Below, in pieces: positions 61,287 to 64,000 of a DNA stretch of 64,000 nt (position 1 is the first letter of the stretch; each line of letters opens with the position of its first letter). The notes under the pieces were generated by a model that saw only the letters and a list, made by a program, of their open reading frames with translations, searched no databases and was not told the DNA's origin. The stretch is from Alphaproteobacteria bacterium. Its GTDB lineage: Bacteria; Pseudomonadota; Alphaproteobacteria; Micropepsales; Micropepsaceae. The stretch is from assembly GCA_040381215.1 (NCBI GenBank), contig JBEIHO010000012.1:1236-65235 (forward strand), in the 5' to 3' direction. A program made the translations under genes and the position numbers.

Positions 61287-64000
61287 ACTCGACCACGGCT
61301 TACGCCGAACTCGCCGTGACGACGAACTACAGCTTCCTGCGCGGTGCCTCGCACCCGCACGAATGCGTGGAACAGGCGCAGGCTCTCGGCCTCTCGGCAA
61401 TCGGCATCACAGACCGCAATTCAGTCGCAGGCGTCGTGCGCGCCCACATCGAAGCCAGGGAACGCGGCCTGCGCCTTCTTGTGGGAACCCGCCTCGTCTT
61501 CAGCGACGGCACACCCGACATTCTGGCCTACCCGCGCGACCGCGCCGCCTGGGGACGCCTCTGTCGCCTGCTGACCCTCGGCAACCGCCGCGCCGAAAAA
61601 GGCGACTGCATCCTCCACATCGCAGACCTCATCGAGCACGCCGAAGGCCTTCAGCTCGTCCTGATGCCACCACGCCCCGACATCGAAAGCACCGAGACGG
61701 CCCTCCTGCGCCTGCCCAGCGCACAACTATGGCTCGGCGCAACGATCCACCACCGTGGCGACGACCAGCGCCACCTGCGCCGCCTCGAGGCCTTAGCATC
61801 CAAGCACCGGGTCCCCATGATCGCCGTGGGAGACGCGCTCTACCACACGCCAGCACGCAGGCAACTCCAGGACGTGCTCACCTGCATCCGCGAGCACGCG
61901 ACCCTCGACCGCGCCGGCTTCCACCTCGAGGCCAACGCCGAACGCCACCTGAAGCCGCCCGCCGAGATGGCACGCCTCTTCCGGCGCCATCCGCAAGCCA
62001 TCGCCGAGACCCTCCGCTTTGCCCAGACCCTCCACTTCTCGCTCGACGATCTGCGCTACGAATACCCCGAGGAAACCTGCGAAGGATTCGCCACGCCCCA
62101 GGAGGCCCTCGTCTCCCTTGCCGAAGAGGGCGCAAGGCAGCGCTATCCCATGGGCATCCCGCCCAAGGTCCGCCAGGCGCTCGACCATGAATACAAGCTG
62201 ATTGGCGAACTCGATTACGCGCCCTACTTCCTCACCGTCTACGACATCGTGCGCTTCGCCCGTACAAAAGGCATCCTCTGCCAGGGTCGCGGCTCGGCCG
62301 CCAATTCAGCCGTCTGCTACTGCCTGCACGTGACCGAGGTCGATCCCAACCAGATCGACCTCCTGTTCGAGCGCTTCCTCTCGGCCGAGCGACGCGAGCC
62401 ACCCGACATCGACGTCGACTTCGAGCACGAGCGGCGCGAGGAAGTGATCCAGTACATCTACAATCGCTACGGCCGCCACCGCGCAGGCCTTGCCGCAACC
62501 GTGATCTGCTATCGCGGACGCAGCGCCATCCGCGATGTCGGCAAGGTTTTCGGTCTCTCGGAAGATACGATCACGGCCCTCGCCGGAACCCTGTCAGGCT
62601 GGACAAGTAGCGCACCGGTCGAGGACGAGGTCCGGCGCCTCGGCCTCGATCCTGCGGATCGCCGCCTCTCACTGGCATTGGCTCTTGCCGGCGAACTCGC
62701 AGACTTCCCCCGCCACCTCTCCCAGCACGTCGGCGGCTTCGTGATGACGCGTGGGCGCCTCGACGAACTCATCCCGGTATCGAACGCAGCCATGGAAGGA
62801 CGCACGGTCGTTGAGTGGGACAAGGATGACCTCAACGCGCTGGGCATCCTGAAAGTCGATGTCCTCGCACTCGGCATGCTCTCCTGCATGCGCAGGGCCC
62901 TGGGAATGCTGCAGGCCCATTACGGTGTCACGCCCACCCTCGCCGCGATCCCGAAGGAAGAGCCCGCCGTCTACGACATGCTCTGCCGCGCCGATTCCGT
63001 GGGCGTCTTCCAGGTCGAAAGCCGTGCCCAGATGACGATGCTGCCGCGCCTGAGACCAAGGCAGTTCTACGACCTCGTGATCGAGGTCGCCATCGTGCGC
63101 CCAGGCCCCATCCAGGGCGGCATGGTGCACCCCTATCTGAGCCGCCGCCAGGGACACGAGCCCATCGTCTACCCGAAGGCCGAACTGGAAACCGTCCTCG
63201 GCAAGACACTTGGCGTCCCCCTGTTCCAGGAACAGGCCATGCGGATTGCCATCGTTGCCGCCGGCTTCACCCCTGCCGAAGCCGATCGCCTGCGCCGTTC
63301 CATGGCCGCCTTCCGCCGCAGCGGCACGATCTCGACCTTTGAGGAAAAATTCGTCCACGGCATGATCGCGCGCGGCTACGACGCGGATTTCGCAGATCGC
63401 TGCTTCAAGCAGATCCAGGGCTTCGGCGAATACGGCTTCCCCGAAAGCCACGCCGCAAGCTTCGCCCTGCTTGTCTATTACTCGTCATGGGTCAAATGCC
63501 ACTACCCCGACGTCTTTGCAGCCGCCCTGCTGAATTCCCAGCCCATGGGGTTCTACGCCCCCGCCCAGATCGTACGCGACGCCCGCGAGCACGGCGTCGA
63601 AGTCCGCCCCGTCGACATCAACGCCTCGCACTGGGACAACACCCTCGAACCATCCCCCCAAAGCCCGTCATGGCCGGAAACGTCATGGCCGGGCCCGTCC
63701 CGGCCACCCAGCGCCGACGCAACAACAGATACGCAAACGCTCCCAACCCTCCACCCCCGCCACGCCTCCATGGCATCCGGGATCCGCACAACCCACGCCT
63801 TGCGCCTAGGCTTGCGCCAGGTCTCGGGCCTTCGCGAAGACGACGCGCGAACGATCGAAACCACCCGCACACACCCCTTCGATTCCATCCGTGATCTCTG
63901 GCTGCGCACAGGCCTCGAGCCGTCCACCCTCGAACGTCTCGCCGATGCTGACGCCTTCCGCTCACTTGGCCTCGATCGCCGCGAGGCGCTCTGGATCATC
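61283..64000 (+). CDS. dnaE2: Error-prone DNA polymerase DnaE2 (ImuC), 5'-partial view, continuing beyond the window
   Basis: Not in the ORF track because no stop occurs before the window end. GTG 61283 overlaps the imuB stop (GTGA). Hand translation gives VNSTTAYAELAVTTNYSFLRGASHPHE… and PDIDVDFEHERREEVIQYIYNRYG (PHP/pol III alpha). Confidence 0.92.
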   Translation, partial: MNSTTAYAELAVTTNYSFLRGASHPHECVEQAQALGLSAIGITDRNSVAGVVRAHIEARERGLRLLVGTRLVFSDGTPDILAYPRDRAAWGRLCRLLTLGNRRAEKGDCILHIADLIEHAEGLQLVLMPPRPDIESTETALLRLPSAQLWLGATIHHRGDDQRHLRRLEALASKHRVPMIAVGDALYHTPARRQLQDVLTCIREHATLDRAGFHLEANAERHLKPPAEMARLFRRHPQAIAETLRFAQTLHFSLDDLRYEYPEETCEGFATPQEALVSLAEEGARQRYPMGIPPKVRQALDHEYKLIGELDYAPYFLTVYDIVRFARTKGILCQGRGSAANSAVCYCLHVTEVDPNQIDLLFERFLSAERREPPDIDVDFEHERREEVIQYIYNRYGRHRAGLAATVICYRGRSAIRDVGKVFGLSEDTITALAGTLSGWTSSAPVEDEVRRLGLDPADRRLSLALALAGELADFPRHLSQHVGGFVMTRGRLDELIPVSNAAMEGRTVVEWDKDDLNALGILKVDVLALGMLSCMRRALGMLQAHYGVTPTLAAIPKEEPAVYDMLCRADSVGVFQVESRAQMTMLPRLRPRQFYDLVIEVAIVRPGPIQGGMVHPYLSRRQGHEPIVYPKAELETVLGKTLGVPLFQEQAMRIAIVAAGFTPAEADRLRRSMAAFRRSGTISTFEEKFVHGMIARGYDADFADRCFKQIQGFGEYGFPESHAASFALLVYYSSWVKCHYPDVFAAALLNSQPMGFYAPAQIVRDAREHGVEVRPVDINASHWDNTLEPSPQSPSWPETSWPGPSRPPSADATTDTQTLPTLHPRHASMASGIRTTHALRLGLRQVSGLREDDARTIETTRTHPFDSIRDLWLRTGLEPSTLERLADADAFRSLGLDRREALWII

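Overview
High-GC (roughly 60-65% by eye) chromosomal segment with gene order typical of Alphaproteobacteria (Rhizobiales/Hyphomicrobiales-like). It is densely coding. I saw no transposase, integrase, phage, CRISPR or recognisable defence genes. Core blocks: ihfB-lapA-pyrF-trpF-trpB-trpA-accD-folC (+). trxA-addA-addB-murU-like-amgK-like-tsaE (-). A ferredoxin reductase plus 2Fe-2S ferredoxin pair (+). A multi-PAS histidine kinase and ahcY. The conserved chvI-chvG-hprK-EIIA(Man)-HPr/NPr locus, divergent from pckA. polA with a coupled zf-CHCC gene, then tRNA-Arg(CCG). A glycerophosphodiesterase, a DUF885 lipoprotein and a DUF882/M15 peptidase. A branched-chain keto-acid dehydrogenase operon (E1a, E1b, E2, E3). 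An 8-gene TetR-led phenolic/aromatic catabolic cluster (GST, extradiol dioxygenase, FAH, P450, FAD monooxygenase, PhlG-like hydrolase, membrane GST). A GAAC-N7-GAAC (LexA-type) box in front of imuA-imuB-dnaE2, with dnaE2 running off the window. Two blocks are least explained. (1) A translationally coupled three-gene operon (41395-45022, minus strand). It encodes a distant TelA-like helical protein, a bitopic membrane protein, and a long coiled-coil protein ending in a glycine zipper, a 14-codon poly-Asp microsatellite and a GGFK-repeat tail. (2) A four-gene operon of exported proteins next to tRNA-Arg (33217-37272, minus strand): Sel1-repeat, beta-helix, small bitopic, and Cys/Gly-rich with a pilin-like N-terminus. 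All functional calls rest on motif recognition and synteny by eye. No database search was run.
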